Of a stretch of 64,000 nt of DNA, positions 1 to 10,430 are shown one piece after another. The notes beneath the pieces are model-generated. The model made no database searches. It was not told where the DNA came from and saw nothing but the letters and a program-made list of their open reading frames with translations. A program made the translations under genes and the position numbers. Each line of letters begins with the position of its first letter. Position 1 is the first letter of the stretch. The stretch lies in IMG/VR virus record IMGVR_UViG_642791616_000001, positions 64,001 to 128,000 of that record; one strand, 5' to 3'. Source of the DNA: a virus (taxonomy: Duplodnaviria > Caudoviricetes).

Positions 1-249
1 AAGACCGGAAAGAACCGAGACAATTTTAGCGACTTCATCCATTGCCAACTTAGCCGCCGCAACTAATGTAGAAGCGAAGTCGTCCTGTCCGCTTGTGCTT
101 AAAACCGTGATAAATAAGTGCGGTAGACGATCGACCACCTCGAATAGCGCCTTCCATTTGACCGGCGTCAACTTTGGAATTTGTACCGTTTTATCGCCGA
201 GTGTAAGTTCGCTTGATACCTTTTTCGTACCGATACCAAATAAGCTCAT
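1..249 (-). CDS. Tail assembly chaperone (partial, runs off window)
   Basis: ATG at 249 with GGAGG RBS (MSLFGIGTKKVSSELTLGDK...), directly downstream of major tail protein. Confidence 0.6.
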   Translation of the reverse strand, partial: MSLFGIGTKKVSSELTLGDKTVQIPKLTPVKWKALFEVVDRLPHLFITVLSTSGQDDFASTLVAAAKLAMDEVAKIVSVLSGL

Positions 250-305
250 TGCGCAACCTCCTTTCTAAATAAAAAGACACCGCCGCTAAGCGATGCCTTC
301 CGTTG

Positions 306-848
306 TTATTCCGCTGATTCGTCGCCCATAACGTATAAAAGGCCGTCGTTGTCTGTGTCCGGATAGGCTTTAAACGTCAGATTCGCGATACGCTCATCGT
401 CTGAGTTATATGTGTACTCCGGATCTGACATAGCTCCCGCAAGTGGAACCGTGATGTAGTCATTTGGAGTCGTACCAGGAGCCGTCGGTTTAATGACTAG
501 CGGTTTAGCCGCCGAAAGCATATCAAAGCCTGCTTTTCCTGATACCTCCAACTTCATTTTTTCGGGATTCGTATTATCCTTAATTAGCTTACTATTAGGC
601 ATCGCTGCCGCTAACTTTTCTAAATCGTGAAGCGCGAAAGGCACTGTAACTTCAGCATTACGACCTTTTATTGTCGACTTAACCGGAGTGTCTCCGTACT
701 GATCGACAGTTGTATCTTGAATTGATGTCTCCACCTTAAAGACGATACCGCCTTTCGTAATGCCGAACGAGACCATATCAGCACCCTCGCCATATTCGAC
801 GATCGCCGGACCGATAGGAACGTTAATTCCTCTAATTCCTGCTGCCAT
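306..848 (-). CDS. Major tail (tube) protein
   Basis: 180 aa, beta-rich, position after tail terminator, followed by a terminator hairpin. Confidence 0.8.
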   Translation of the reverse strand: MAAGIRGINVPIGPAIVEYGEGADMVSFGITKGGIVFKVETSIQDTTVDQYGDTPVKSTIKGRNAEVTVPFALHDLEKLAAAMPNSKLIKDNTNPEKMKLEVSGKAGFDMLSAAKPLVIKPTAPGTTPNDYITVPLAGAMSDPEYTYNSDDERIANLTFKAYPDTDNDGLLYVMGDESAE

Positions 849-890
849 CTATTTTCCTCCTTTTATATTTGCGCAAAAGAAAAAGCGCCC

Positions 891-1265
891 CTAAGGACGC
901 TCTACGCAATCGAAATTTAATGAGTATATCGGACGATCAGATTCGTCGTCTCCTAAATACAGCGGCGCCGAGTTATTGCAGCGCATTTGTACGATTGAGC
1001 TTTCGCCGACCTGTACTTCGGACAGATTCGTAAGCGCATCGTATAATTCGAACGCTTTGTCTTCCGTGCCTGCGCCGTCTCTAGCTTCGCCGCGCACGAG
1101 TATTTGAAAGGACGGCCGCTTTAGTCCGGTATACTTAGACGTCGGAAATCCTCCCGTCAACTTGACCGAGATTGCGGCGCCTTTACTATCTACCGGAAAT
1201 TTATTTACGTAATATTTTCCGTCAACTTTCGACTCAATGAAATCGATAAGTTCACCTACACGCAT
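891..1265 (-). CDS. Tail terminator / 'minor capsid' family neck protein
   Basis: RPSFQILVRG motif, synteny. Confidence 0.7.
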   Translation of the reverse strand: MRVGELIDFIESKVDGKYYVNKFPVDSKGAAISVKLTGGFPTSKYTGLKRPSFQILVRGEARDGAGTEDKAFELYDALTNLSEVQVGESSIVQMRCNNSAPLYLGDDESDRPIYSLNFDCVERP

Positions 1266-1675
1266 TAGATCAGCCCCCTACGAACGCCTTCAGCGATCCA
1301 GCGTACGTATTTCTCGGCGTTTCCTTTTAACGGACGTTCGAGATATTTGTTGCCGACCTCGTATCCGTCAATGCCGCCTGCCGCTTGCGATGCTGGTCCG
1401 AGGTTGTAGTCCATTTCGTGGGTCCATATCGCGTAGTTGAATCCGCCTTCTACTGCTCGGAAAGAAACGTCTACGACCGCCTTGCCCTTCGCGAGTTTGT
1501 AGTTTTTCTTGATACTCGCGCGTAAGGTTCCTTTGTCGATCGGCGCGATGTTCTGCGCAATTCTACCGAGATCGTCGCCGGAATCACCTAACGCCTGCGC
1601 GGCGCTTTCTAGGGCGCTTCGACTTGCGTTGTTAATGCCGGTTATGAAACTACTCGCATCAAACGTAAAACTCAT
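1265..1675 (-). CDS. HK97 gp10-like tail completion protein
   Basis: APIDKGTLRASI and YA..HE...KYLERPL motifs. Confidence 0.8.
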   Translation of the reverse strand: MSFTFDASSFITGINNASRSALESAAQALGDSGDDLGRIAQNIAPIDKGTLRASIKKNYKLAKGKAVVDVSFRAVEGGFNYAIWTHEMDYNLGPASQAAGGIDGYEVGNKYLERPLKGNAEKYVRWIAEGVRRGLI

Positions 1676-2010
1676 AGATACACCTCCGTCAATAGCGCTT
1701 TACCATCGATGTGTCTCTTAACGTTGATTTCCTTCGGTCTCTTTTCCATTGTTTCTCCGAGTTCATTCGTATAAGAGATTACGTCGGTATAGCGCACGTC
1801 AGCTAGGCGATCTAATAGAATACGAGCCGATGCGACGGCCTCTTCGGATTTAACGACGCCATTGTTGCGCGCCTTGACTACGGTCGATCCTTCATCGATG
1901 CGGCATTTAAGCGTAAATTCTTCGGCTTCATTTATCGGATTTCCCCAACGGTCTAGCTCGTCAGATGGGCGCTTCACCATAATAGTTTGGCGCATTGGAA
2001 ACATCGCCAT
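1672..2010 (-). CDS. Head closure protein
   Basis: D.WGNP motif, size, synteny. Confidence 0.65.
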   Translation of the reverse strand: MAMFPMRQTIMVKRPSDELDRWGNPINEAEEFTLKCRIDEGSTVVKARNNGVVKSEEAVASARILLDRLADVRYTDVISYTNELGETMEKRPKEINVKRHIDGKALLTEVYL

Positions 2011-2406
2011 TTACAGCACCGTCCTTCTGATTCGCTTGCCGCCGAATTTGACGTCGTTTTCTTCTTCTATAGCTACGATCGATTCTTTCGGAATCAAGTC
2101 TTCGTCTTCCACTCGCAATGTGTCCTTATAGTTAAACGAGCCGACTCCGGTGATCGAGAACGAAGAAATACCGTGCTTGTTCAGTCGGTTCGTATCGTTG
2201 TACGCGATCGCTAGGACGTTAACAAACTCGTAAACTGCTTTGTCGGGTATGATGTACTTAGAAAAGACGCGCGTCAAAGTCGAAGAAGCTCGGTTTAATA
2301 GCCGACTCTTCTTCTCCTCATCTGCGTCGATCCAATCCTCGGTATCTACTAAAAACGTGTTAATGTAGTCGTTTGCGCCTTCGACTGTAGCCGCCAATCG
2401 CCCCAC
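2011..2406 (-). CDS. Head-tail adaptor/connector
   Basis: Helical N-terminus, GISSFSITGVGSFNY motif, synteny. Confidence 0.65.
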   Translation of the reverse strand: MGRLAATVEGANDYINTFLVDTEDWIDADEEKKSRLLNRASSTLTRVFSKYIIPDKAVYEFVNVLAIAYNDTNRLNKHGISSFSITGVGSFNYKDTLRVEDEDLIPKESIVAIEEENDVKFGGKRIRRTVL

Positions 2407-2412
2407 CTCCTG

Positions 2413-2622
2413 TTATTTTGCGGAGGACTTACGGGCGGGCTTTTTAGCTGGCGCCGACTTCGGTTTATCCTCCGTTTTTATACACGTAACCCACTTCGGG
2501 CACAATCCGTCTAGTAGCTCGATCTCGTCCGGGTCGTCCGTCTCATACGTTCCGTTGTGGTCAAATACAATCTTTTGAGAACTTCCGATCATATAAAAAG
2601 GTGTCGCTTTATATACAACCAT
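2413..2622 (-). CDS. Small phage protein (Lys/Pro-rich tail)
   Basis: 69-aa ORF coupled to neighbours. Confidence 0.55.
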   Translation of the reverse strand: MVVYKATPFYMIGSSQKIVFDHNGTYETDDPDEIELLDGLCPKWVTCIKTEDKPKSAPAKKPARKSSAK

Positions 2623-2906
2623 TAGCTAGACCCCTTTCCCTCTAACGCCTCCAAACGACTTCGATAATCGTCTAAAATCGTCTTGACTTCCGTATTAAGA
2701 TTATCGAGAAAAACACTGCCCTTTCCGATGGTTCGAGAGTTTACAGCTCCATCCCCAATATGCCTATTTTTAATTGTGCCATCCTCAATAACTAATGACC
2801 CGCCTTCAGAAGATTGAAGGTTTTGTATAATGTCACCCAATTTCAACTCATTCGCAATAGGCATTGACTCGTTTAGTCGTTGTTTTTGACTCTCCGTTAT
2901 CGCCAA
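2622..2906 (-). CDS. Putative head decoration/fibre protein
   Basis: Repeated I.DG.I/V motifs and C-terminal coiled coil; GGAGG RBS with TTG start. Confidence 0.5.
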   Translation of the reverse strand: MAITESQKQRLNESMPIANELKLGDIIQNLQSSEGGSLVIEDGTIKNRHIGDGAVNSRTIGKGSVFLDNLNTEVKTILDDYRSRLEALEGKGSS

Positions 2907-2955
2907 ATGTATTTCCTCCTTTCAAAAATAAAAGACGGGCAATTAAGCCCGCCGA

Positions 2956-4059
2956 TTAAGATACAGTCGTCGCGATGTTTTCAAGAATCGCAATTTTTTC
3001 GTTAGCGTTTTTAACTTTGATTCCGTATTCCCCGCGAATCTGTCTTGCAACAAAGTCTGCGCCCGGAACACTTGCGTCTGTATCGTATACAGAACGTCCA
3101 GTTAAAGGATGTAACGAAAGGATGCTTCGGTCGAACAAAGCGATCTTATCTTTCGGGAAGTTAGGGTCAACAATGACCGTAGCGACACCGCCGCCAACCA
3201 TGTCCGAAACAAACGTGCTGATTCTGTGGCCAGTAGCTGCGTCTGTACGTTCAGTTCGGATAGTGTCTGTCGCCATTTTGGAAATCTGACGAGCACCCGC
3301 TGTATTCGTTAAGATTGTATTCACAGAACCGCCTCGGAGATATACTTGCTCCATCAATGCGTTAATATCTTTAGCTTCTACTTCTTTTCCTTCTAAATTC
3401 GCTTTTGCTGATCCTTTAAGATTAGCGAAGTTTAAAAGGCCGCCAGTCATACGTGGCTTACCGTCGATTCTACGTCCATAAATCAACCAATCGTTGAACT
3501 CGCGCGCCATTTCTTTCAGTCTTAGTTGCACTTGGTAGTTGAGTTCATCCGTTACGTTGTGTGTTCTAACAGCTTGTTGTGTGTTGGAAACTGCCGCATA
3601 TCTTTCGATGATCTGCGTGAAGTTGTAATCAACATAGCGGTCGTGCCCCTCGTCCATACCTACGCCTGCACCTTCGTTTTGCGGGCGTGAAACAATTCGC
3701 AATTCAGAGCCCGCTTTTAGCGTTTCCTGAGTAGTGCCGTCGAATCCTCGAATAACTGTCAGCACATCTCCCGAAACGTCGGTAACTTTAAGATATTCCT
3801 CCCCGACAACAACGATAGCGTCTTTACGGAACTTAGATCCGTCATCTTCTGCGACAGTAATCTTACCGTCTGCCCCCACTTCTTTAATCGTTGCTAAGTT
3901 CGAGTTTAAACGATCTGACATCCACTCGAATTTAGTTTGGAAGAGAGCCTCACCATTTAGTCCCACAAGCCCTAAAAGAGTCGGCTCGTCTTGCAGAATT
4001 AGCTCGATTCCCGCGTCCAACTGACGTACTTGATCCTTAAAATCATAACTCTTTAACAT
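2956..4059 (-). CDS. Major capsid protein (DUF5309/SU10-like)
   Basis: 367 aa, FEW.SD.L, NFTQI, R.TGGL, GEYG motifs; follows scaffold. Confidence 0.85.
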   Translation of the reverse strand: MLKSYDFKDQVRQLDAGIELILQDEPTLLGLVGLNGEALFQTKFEWMSDRLNSNLATIKEVGADGKITVAEDDGSKFRKDAIVVVGEEYLKVTDVSGDVLTVIRGFDGTTQETLKAGSELRIVSRPQNEGAGVGMDEGHDRYVDYNFTQIIERYAAVSNTQQAVRTHNVTDELNYQVQLRLKEMAREFNDWLIYGRRIDGKPRMTGGLLNFANLKGSAKANLEGKEVEAKDINALMEQVYLRGGSVNTILTNTAGARQISKMATDTIRTERTDAATGHRISTFVSDMVGGGVATVIVDPNFPKDKIALFDRSILSLHPLTGRSVYDTDASVPGADFVARQIRGEYGIKVKNANEKIAILENIATTVS

Positions 4060-4070
4060 TTAGTTTCCCC

Positions 4071-4766
4071 CTAGTTATTTAGTAGACTCTTTAGTTTGTT
4101 AGAAAGCTCAACAACCTTTGAAAAGTTTTTTTCCTTTTTCGCAGTAGTTAACTGAGCTTCTAATGTCTTGATTTCTCCACCCGATCCTCCTCCATTTGTA
4201 GGTTGGCCTATTGGCTTACTATTTTGAGTGGATTTAATCAGGTAAGGTTTATTGTCAACGATCTCCCGAACAACACCTTCTATTCCGTGCACTTTACCCT
4301 CCTCGACCTTAACTTCCGATAAGTCTGCGAGACGTAATGCGTCATCAATATAAGCGATGCCGTGAGCCGTAGCAACCTTAATAAACTCGTTCGTAACTTT
4401 GTTTTGTTCGTCCGCTTTTTTAAGATCCTCGATCTGCTTCGCAAGAGACTGTTCCGCCTCCGATTTCGCTTCGAGTTCCTTTTTGATGCGGTCGAGTTCC
4501 GTCAGTTCTGCGTCTGCCTTTTCTTGCTCCGCTTTTTCATACGCGCTTAGCTTCTCTTTTAAAGCGTCATAGTCTGCGTATTTAGAGACAGCGCGTTTAA
4601 CGCGAGACGTAATCTTCTCGTCAAACTCTTCCTGCGTAAGCTCGATTTTCTTCGGCTGATCCTCGCTTGGTTGCGTTGGCGTTTGTTCTTCCGCCTGACC
4701 CCCGCCTGCTTGATCATCTGCGTCAAATAACGGCATAAATCGTTTTACAAACATATCGTCCTCCAA
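4071..4766 (-). CDS. Capsid scaffolding protein
   Basis: Acidic coiled coil, KPYL motif, precedes capsid. Confidence 0.8.
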   Translation of the reverse strand: MEDDMFVKRFMPLFDADDQAGGGQAEEQTPTQPSEDQPKKIELTQEEFDEKITSRVKRAVSKYADYDALKEKLSAYEKAEQEKADAELTELDRIKKELEAKSEAEQSLAKQIEDLKKADEQNKVTNEFIKVATAHGIAYIDDALRLADLSEVKVEEGKVHGIEGVVREIVDNKPYLIKSTQNSKPIGQPTNGGGSGGEIKTLEAQLTTAKKEKNFSKVVELSNKLKSLLNN

Positions 4767-4817
4767 CCGTTTTAAGGCCGTCGCCTATTAGATAAAACAG
4801 CCGTTTAGTTTAACGTC

Positions 4818-5648
4818 TTAACGTTCGGACAATAAATCTTCGCTTCTGATCGGCGAATATACGTGCTTACACCGCGGATGAAATATCTCACCCGTCGCTT
4901 GCAATTCGTCGTATGTTAAATAAGGACCCGGCGCATCTATCGTAAGTTTCATGATCTCGCCTTCGTGAAAACGGCAGTAATCCGAAGCCCCGTGCGATGA
5001 TATTTGCGCATACAAAACACCGCGACTAACGGCTTCATTGCTCGTTGCTTCGCGGTATGTCTGCATCATTTTCGTTCGGGTCACCATGTCGGCGTATACT
5101 TCCGGCTTCCAGCGCCGTCCTTTTGCGTCGACGATTCCGGTCATGACGGATTCTTTGAGTCGCTTTTTTATGTCGTCTCTTATCGTCCGTCTTCCGTTTG
5201 TACCCGACGCCATGTTGTACTTGATAGAGTCGGAAACGGCGCGCCTGACTGCGGATTTTGTTTTCCGGTCTACATTCTGCGTGACCGCTAAAAGGTCCGC
5301 TTGTGTGTCCGCAATAGCTGCCGCGACCATTGCTTCGTTTAACTCGTTGAACTTTACGATAAGAGCCGCTTGTTCAACTGATTCCGCAATCTTAAGTGAA
5401 ACCAGCGTATTTATTACGCCTTCTCTCGCAGCAATAGGCACGTTCTCACTGACCCACCGCGCCGACTTTGTATCGAGGTCGGCTAAAATACGGCTGATCG
5501 ACTGAAGTGTAGCAAGCGCATTGGCTCGTCGGAAATCAGAAATATCGACGCGATCGAGTTCGGAGAGGATGTCTTTTATGGCGGTTCGATAATAGCCGGC
5601 AAGCTGCTTCGTTTGGTAATCGTATTTAGGTGCTGGTACTTTCGCCAT
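4818..5648 (-). CDS. Minor capsid / head morphogenesis protein
   Basis: DAKGRRW..E.YADMV.RT and C...HPRCKH motifs. Confidence 0.85.
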   Translation of the reverse strand: MAKVPAPKYDYQTKQLAGYYRTAIKDILSELDRVDISDFRRANALATLQSISRILADLDTKSARWVSENVPIAAREGVINTLVSLKIAESVEQAALIVKFNELNEAMVAAAIADTQADLLAVTQNVDRKTKSAVRRAVSDSIKYNMASGTNGRRTIRDDIKKRLKESVMTGIVDAKGRRWKPEVYADMVTRTKMMQTYREATSNEAVSRGVLYAQISSHGASDYCRFHEGEIMKLTIDAPGPYLTYDELQATGEIFHPRCKHVYSPIRSEDLLSER

Positions 5649-7249
5649 TACTCATCGTCCTTAGGTTTCGACGTCGCTTCCGTCTCATTAAAGATCGACG
5701 CATCTACAAAGCCATTTGCGGAAGTTTCGTCTTCTTCAATGCGGCGCATAATTTCATCCGCCTTTTCGTCGTCAACGTCATCCATCGCCTTGATTGCGCT
5801 CCTTACGTCAAGTGTCGGTTTACCCGCCGTTCTGATCTGCATGATCTCCGCCCACTCTTTTTCATTCTGCGGAATACCATCGTTCCAAACAGCGCGCGGA
5901 TACACAGCCTCGTCGATTTTAATACGTTTGACCGCCTTCTCTAAAAGCATACACGTCCACAGCGCGTCTCGGATCGCTCTATCATAGTGCGCTCTTATTC
6001 GTTTTACCTTCGAAAGAATCGGCATAAAGCGTGCTTTAATTGCGGCGCCGTCTGTATGAGACGTTCCCGTTCCTCCGGAGTTATCTCCCGACATTACAGT
6101 CCCAAAAAGCCACTGCGGTGTTTCTGATTGCATAAATACGCTACTAAATAAGACATCGAGTTCCTTAAAAGCCGCGTCCAGTTGCGCTTGCCATACCATA
6201 TATCCCGGCGTCGGATCGTCTTTTGTTACTGGAATATAAGCTCCGCCGAATTTTACTGTATCGCCGTCATCTTGAATTTCAGGCCCATACGCTGTAGGAT
6301 CGCTGTGTTTCCATAGAATATAATCGATCTGTACTAATCGATCGTTAATCGCAGCAAAGGTCGTTTCTAGCTTTTCTAGTCCGCCAATTCCGAAGAACTC
6401 GTCGTCAATCGACTTGTATGGAACATGAAAGACCGGGATATGTGGTAGATGCGTTTCCTCGATATCTTCTTCGCGACCTGTCGGCAATTGATCACCTATC
6501 TTAAATACAGGTACCGGCGTGCCAGTTGACGTATCAACTCCGTTTTCATTCAAACGATGTTTCGAGTACAGAATATAGCCGGGTATGTGTCGTTCTACGT
6601 TTAAAAACGGAATCTCCGTCTTCTCCGTCTCGACCCACTCAACTTGCGCAATGTTGACCGCTTTTAGCTTCTTGACGTTTCCGGCGCTAAACTCCGGAAA
6701 GACTGCGCCAGCGCTAACGTGTTCAATGATCGCTTCCATTTCGGCATCTGCCGGCACAGATAAGCCGAGTTTCTCAACTTCCGAAAAGTCTTGGCGGTAT
6801 CCGTACCGTACCTTAAACCATGAATCACCGCGAAATCCGTTAGCCGTTGCGCTTTCGTGAAGAAGTTGATTAATGTCGTTTTCCTCTACGTAGCGATTCA
6901 GCGCTTTTTGTTCCTCGCTGTCGTCGGGTAGCCCACTTTCGAATTGAACCGGTTCGCCTACGAGAAGGTCAGCCGGCTTAGTTACGAGAATGTCGGCAAG
7001 ATTGACCGCGATATATAGCTTCTTTAATTGCTCGGCTTGTGGCGAGTCTTTGAGCACCTCGGTTGCACGCTCATAAACGTCTCGCTGTCGTCCTTCAAAC
7101 AGCTTTTTCATGCGCCGATATTTCGCTAGCCGTTCAATTGAATCAACCGGAGGAAACTGCGCGCCGGGGCGGATGATGCTATACGTTTTCGTATGCGATC
7201 CGTCGTCGGGTTCGTGGTTGCGGTGCTTAAATAAGTCCGTAAAACCCAT
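5648..7249 (-). CDS. Portal protein (SPP1 gp6-like)
   Basis: 533 aa, position after terminase, acidic C-terminus. Confidence 0.85.
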   Translation of the reverse strand: MGFTDLFKHRNHEPDDGSHTKTYSIIRPGAQFPPVDSIERLAKYRRMKKLFEGRQRDVYERATEVLKDSPQAEQLKKLYIAVNLADILVTKPADLLVGEPVQFESGLPDDSEEQKALNRYVEENDINQLLHESATANGFRGDSWFKVRYGYRQDFSEVEKLGLSVPADAEMEAIIEHVSAGAVFPEFSAGNVKKLKAVNIAQVEWVETEKTEIPFLNVERHIPGYILYSKHRLNENGVDTSTGTPVPVFKIGDQLPTGREEDIEETHLPHIPVFHVPYKSIDDEFFGIGGLEKLETTFAAINDRLVQIDYILWKHSDPTAYGPEIQDDGDTVKFGGAYIPVTKDDPTPGYMVWQAQLDAAFKELDVLFSSVFMQSETPQWLFGTVMSGDNSGGTGTSHTDGAAIKARFMPILSKVKRIRAHYDRAIRDALWTCMLLEKAVKRIKIDEAVYPRAVWNDGIPQNEKEWAEIMQIRTAGKPTLDVRSAIKAMDDVDDEKADEIMRRIEEDETSANGFVDASIFNETEATSKPKDDE

Positions 7250-7252
7250 CGC

Positions 7253-7678
7253 TTATTCCTCCTTTAGAAGTGCGTCTAACTTATCCGCTTCATTTTGAAT
7301 ATCATCGACTGACTCGTCGGTTGTTGTGTTGTCGGTAATAATTTGCTTTTCGGTAAGCAGTCCGTATCGTTTCATGAATAAATCAATCGCTTTAACGGAT
7401 GGTTGCGGACCCTTGATCAGCTTCATTAATTGACCGTATACTTCCGACCTGTGACTAGAAAGCATGTCATCCGCAAGTAAATTCATGTATTCAATGAACG
7501 CGGAATCCTGCGTTCGCCATCGATACAACCCCATTCGCGACATCCCTAGTTCTTCTGCGAGTTGCTCCTGCGTTTTCTTCTCGCCGCCTTCCGGCATAAT
7601 TTCATTCAAAGCGCAGGCCTGGGCGGCTTTCCGCTTCTCAAACGACAATTGCGCCTCTAGCTGCTTAATTCTCGACAT
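7253..7678 (-). CDS. phBC6A51-like HTH protein, probable terminase small subunit
   Basis: HTH TQEQLAEELGMSRMGLYRWR and PSVKAIDLF. Confidence 0.75.
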   Translation of the reverse strand: MSRIKQLEAQLSFEKRKAAQACALNEIMPEGGEKKTQEQLAEELGMSRMGLYRWRTQDSAFIEYMNLLADDMLSSHRSEVYGQLMKLIKGPQPSVKAIDLFMKRYGLLTEKQIITDNTTTDESVDDIQNEADKLDALLKEE

Positions 7679-7695
7679 TTAACGTCCCCCTTTCG

Positions 7696-9462
7696 TTACA
7701 TAAATTTTGGCTTCTCCTGAAGCATCGTTTTCGCTCGCTTGCTGACACTCACCGCCATTTCTAACGCATCCGGTAGGTCATCGTGCCAATTCGAGCCGTA
7801 CCGCTCAAACTGCTCGAGTAAGAGCGTTTGACTGCGGTGAAATTCGATCTCACCTTTTTCGATCTGCGGCATGAGTGCTTCGATACGGAGTTCTTTCCGC
7901 GATCGTTGATTTATTTTTGTGACGCGCGATCCAGCCGGGTATCCTTGTACTACCAACTCGCGTTTCAGCGTATCAATGAAGAACTCTTGCGCCATTTGAG
8001 ACTCTGCCGCTATTCGATCGGGTAGGTACTCGATAACCTTCTCCACAATCCTGCGCAGAAACTTATCGGGATGTATTCGTTCTCCGTAAGCGTCAATGAC
8101 GTAAATCTTTCCGGTCTTTTTATGTTTTGCGATTGTCACGATTGCCGAGAAGTCTCCGCGTTCTTTACCCATTGCGAAATCTATTCCCATATAAACGGCG
8201 TAGTCTTTACGATTAAGTTTAAAATCCGTCCAATACGAAAAGAATTCCGGCTTGAATAGCTGCGAATCCTCGTCGATTGGATTATTCATAAATTCGGTAT
8301 TGAACGCCTTTGTGCCGATATTGACCTTTTCGATCATCAGCGCAGGCAAAGGAAAGCGACCCGGCCATAAAACTTCGGCACCTTCGTCCATCTCCGCTTT
8401 ATGTTCTTCATAGAAACGGATAGCTGCACGCGCATTCGGCGTAGACATTGAGTCTTCCGATTCTGCTTGCATCATTTCCTCGACTTCTTCATCGCTTGGT
8501 ACGTACTCTTTGTATATACGTTCAAATTCAGCCCATAGGTCGGTCCTCTTCGGCGGCTTGATGATCGCCGGAAAACTGTTTTTAATGAAGTCGCGACGTT
8601 CTTGCAGTACGTAGTTCAGCAAACTATCGAAGTGTACAAGTGTTCCCATGAAAATAAATGCGGTTTTCGTAGGATCACCCGCTGGCATAAGGTCTTGGTT
8701 GAGCCAATCCTTCGCCTTTTGTCGCAATTCGGGCGTATTGTTCGAGTCTAACGATTCTAAGTCGTCTAACAAGACTAGATCTGGTCGTTGCGAACCATTA
8801 CGGAATCCCCGAATCTGAGTTCCGAGCGATGTCGCTTCCATTTTGATTCCGGTCGTTGTTATAAAAGCCGTCTCGGAATCCTTTTCGTTGCGCGTCTTTT
8901 GTTCGTACAGGACCTCGCCAAAGTCTTCGCGTAGCTTTTGATTGTACTTAAGCTGTCCCGCGACCCATTTAATGAATTTGATCGATCCGGCGTTCGTTTC
9001 CGAAATAATCAAGATCATGCGTCGCTTTTTATACACGATTTCACGCACCGGATAGGCATTCGATAGATACGCCGACTTTGCATGTCCCCTCGAAGCCGCC
9101 CAAGCGATACGAGCCGTTTTATTTCGGTTAGATACCGAGTCGAGGATCGACGATAACTTGGCGTGGAAATTCGGCGCGTCGTCCATGTCTACCGCGGTCG
9201 TCGGCACGAGGTTATCCGGATTTCCTTGGTTTCTTGCTTCCGAAAAATATTCGTAGAAGAAATAGAGCATATCGACCTCGGCACGGTGTACCCGTTTTAG
9301 TTTGGTGAGTTCGTCGCGGTCTTTCCGCATAAGATCGACATGGTAGTCCGAGTGTTTTCCAGCTTTGATAATGTCGCGTAACTTCTTCAGCCGCTCCGTG
9401 ACGGCCTCTATCCGCGCCTGTCTTTCTTCACGTTCTAAAAACTTGCCGTTTATATACGCCAA
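7696..9462 (-). CDS. terL: Terminase large subunit
   Basis: Walker A ASRGHAKS, RPDLVLLDDLE Walker B, GIDFA and HDDLPDA nuclease motifs; likely TTG start at 9462 behind AAGGAGG. Confidence 0.93.
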   Translation of the reverse strand: MAYINGKFLEREERQARIEAVTERLKKLRDIIKAGKHSDYHVDLMRKDRDELTKLKRVHRAEVDMLYFFYEYFSEARNQGNPDNLVPTTAVDMDDAPNFHAKLSSILDSVSNRNKTARIAWAASRGHAKSAYLSNAYPVREIVYKKRRMILIISETNAGSIKFIKWVAGQLKYNQKLREDFGEVLYEQKTRNEKDSETAFITTTGIKMEATSLGTQIRGFRNGSQRPDLVLLDDLESLDSNNTPELRQKAKDWLNQDLMPAGDPTKTAFIFMGTLVHFDSLLNYVLQERRDFIKNSFPAIIKPPKRTDLWAEFERIYKEYVPSDEEVEEMMQAESEDSMSTPNARAAIRFYEEHKAEMDEGAEVLWPGRFPLPALMIEKVNIGTKAFNTEFMNNPIDEDSQLFKPEFFSYWTDFKLNRKDYAVYMGIDFAMGKERGDFSAIVTIAKHKKTGKIYVIDAYGERIHPDKFLRRIVEKVIEYLPDRIAAESQMAQEFFIDTLKRELVVQGYPAGSRVTKINQRSRKELRIEALMPQIEKGEIEFHRSQTLLLEQFERYGSNWHDDLPDALEMAVSVSKRAKTMLQEKPKFM

Positions 9463-9491
9463 GGTATCGTCCTCCTTCCGTCTATTTGCCG

Positions 9492-9520
9492 TTGACTTAC
9501 CGTATTCGTTATCGTATAAT
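9492..9520 (+). promoter_or_regulatory. SigA-type promoter of the recombinase gene
   Basis: TTGACT-17bp-TATAAT. Confidence 0.75.
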
Positions 9521-9521
9521 G

Positions 9522-9550
9522 AATGTAACTTAAAATAATTAAAGTACATT
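9522..9550. promoter_or_regulatory. Imperfect palindrome, candidate recombinase binding site 1
   Basis: AATGTAAC-N13-AGTACATT overlapping the predicted transcription start. Confidence 0.5.
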
Positions 9551-9563
9551 GGAGTGAAGACGT

Positions 9564-10109
9564 ATGGCTAACGAAGTGAACCCGATCAAAAGTAAACGTG
9601 ATTTCAATAAATTAAAAAACGCCCTCAAACCGGGGCGCGACCGTCTGTTATTGCAATTAGGGACGGCTTTTGGGCTGAGAATCTCCGATTTACTTTCGCT
9701 TAAGGTCGGCGATCTTCGCGGCCAAACGTCTCTTAAAATAACCGAAGCCAAGCGCAAAAAAACGCGTGTCATTACGTTTTCGACATCCGTCAAAAAGCTC
9801 GTCAATGAACTCGAAGGAGCCGACGATGACTACGTATTTGCCAGCCGAAAGGGCGCCAAGCCGATCAGCCGCGTTCAAGCCTACCGTATTCTAAACGAGG
9901 CAGCCGAGCGCGCCGAGATCGCTAAAAAGATCGGCAACATCGGTACTCATACGTTGCGTAAGACGTTCGGCTACCGTTTATATGAAATGGATATCGCAGT
10001 CGACCGGATCATGGCTATACTCGGACACTCTTCCGAAAAAGATACGTTAAAATACATCGGTATCACTGCCGATGAAATTTCGGACGCATACGAAAGCATC
10101 GCGATTTAG
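9564..10109 (+). CDS. Small tyrosine recombinase (catalytic domain only)
   Basis: GLRISDLL, HTLRKTFG, LGHSS..TLKY catalytic residues; 181 aa, no arm-binding domain. Confidence 0.92.
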   Translation: MANEVNPIKSKRDFNKLKNALKPGRDRLLLQLGTAFGLRISDLLSLKVGDLRGQTSLKITEAKRKKTRVITFSTSVKKLVNELEGADDDYVFASRKGAKPISRVQAYRILNEAAERAEIAKKIGNIGTHTLRKTFGYRLYEMDIAVDRIMAILGHSSEKDTLKYIGITADEISDAYESIAI

Positions 10110-10125
10110 ATCGTGGTGCTTTTAT

Positions 10126-10377
10126 TTATTCCGAAAAATCTACGCCGACCCGACGCCAGTCGAGCGCATACGGTGATTCTACAGTTCCACAGCCGCCTTT
10201 TCTGCGATTATTTGGCGTCTTTTCATACCCTCTCATCGCCGCGTCTAGTTCAGCTAACGCCTTCGCCGCGTCTTTTGCTGCGCGCTGGACCGCTTTTAGT
10301 CCTTTAATAGCTTTCGAAACATCTACTTCTACCTTTACGTTTAAATTGCCGACTGATTCGCGTTTGTTTTCCGCCAT
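10126..10377 (-). CDS. Hypothetical phage protein
   Basis: 83-aa ORF with RBS. Confidence 0.55.
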   Translation of the reverse strand: MAENKRESVGNLNVKVEVDVSKAIKGLKAVQRAAKDAAKALAELDAAMRGYEKTPNNRRKGGCGTVESPYALDWRRVGVDFSE

Positions 10378-10430
10378 TCACGTCATCCCCTTTGTCCGTT
10401 TTATTGCTGCGCATTTGAACGCAAGCACAA

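Noticed and set aside
9564-10109. The prophage integrase
   Set aside because: Too short, lacks arm- and core-binding domains, and lies ~40 kb from the att site
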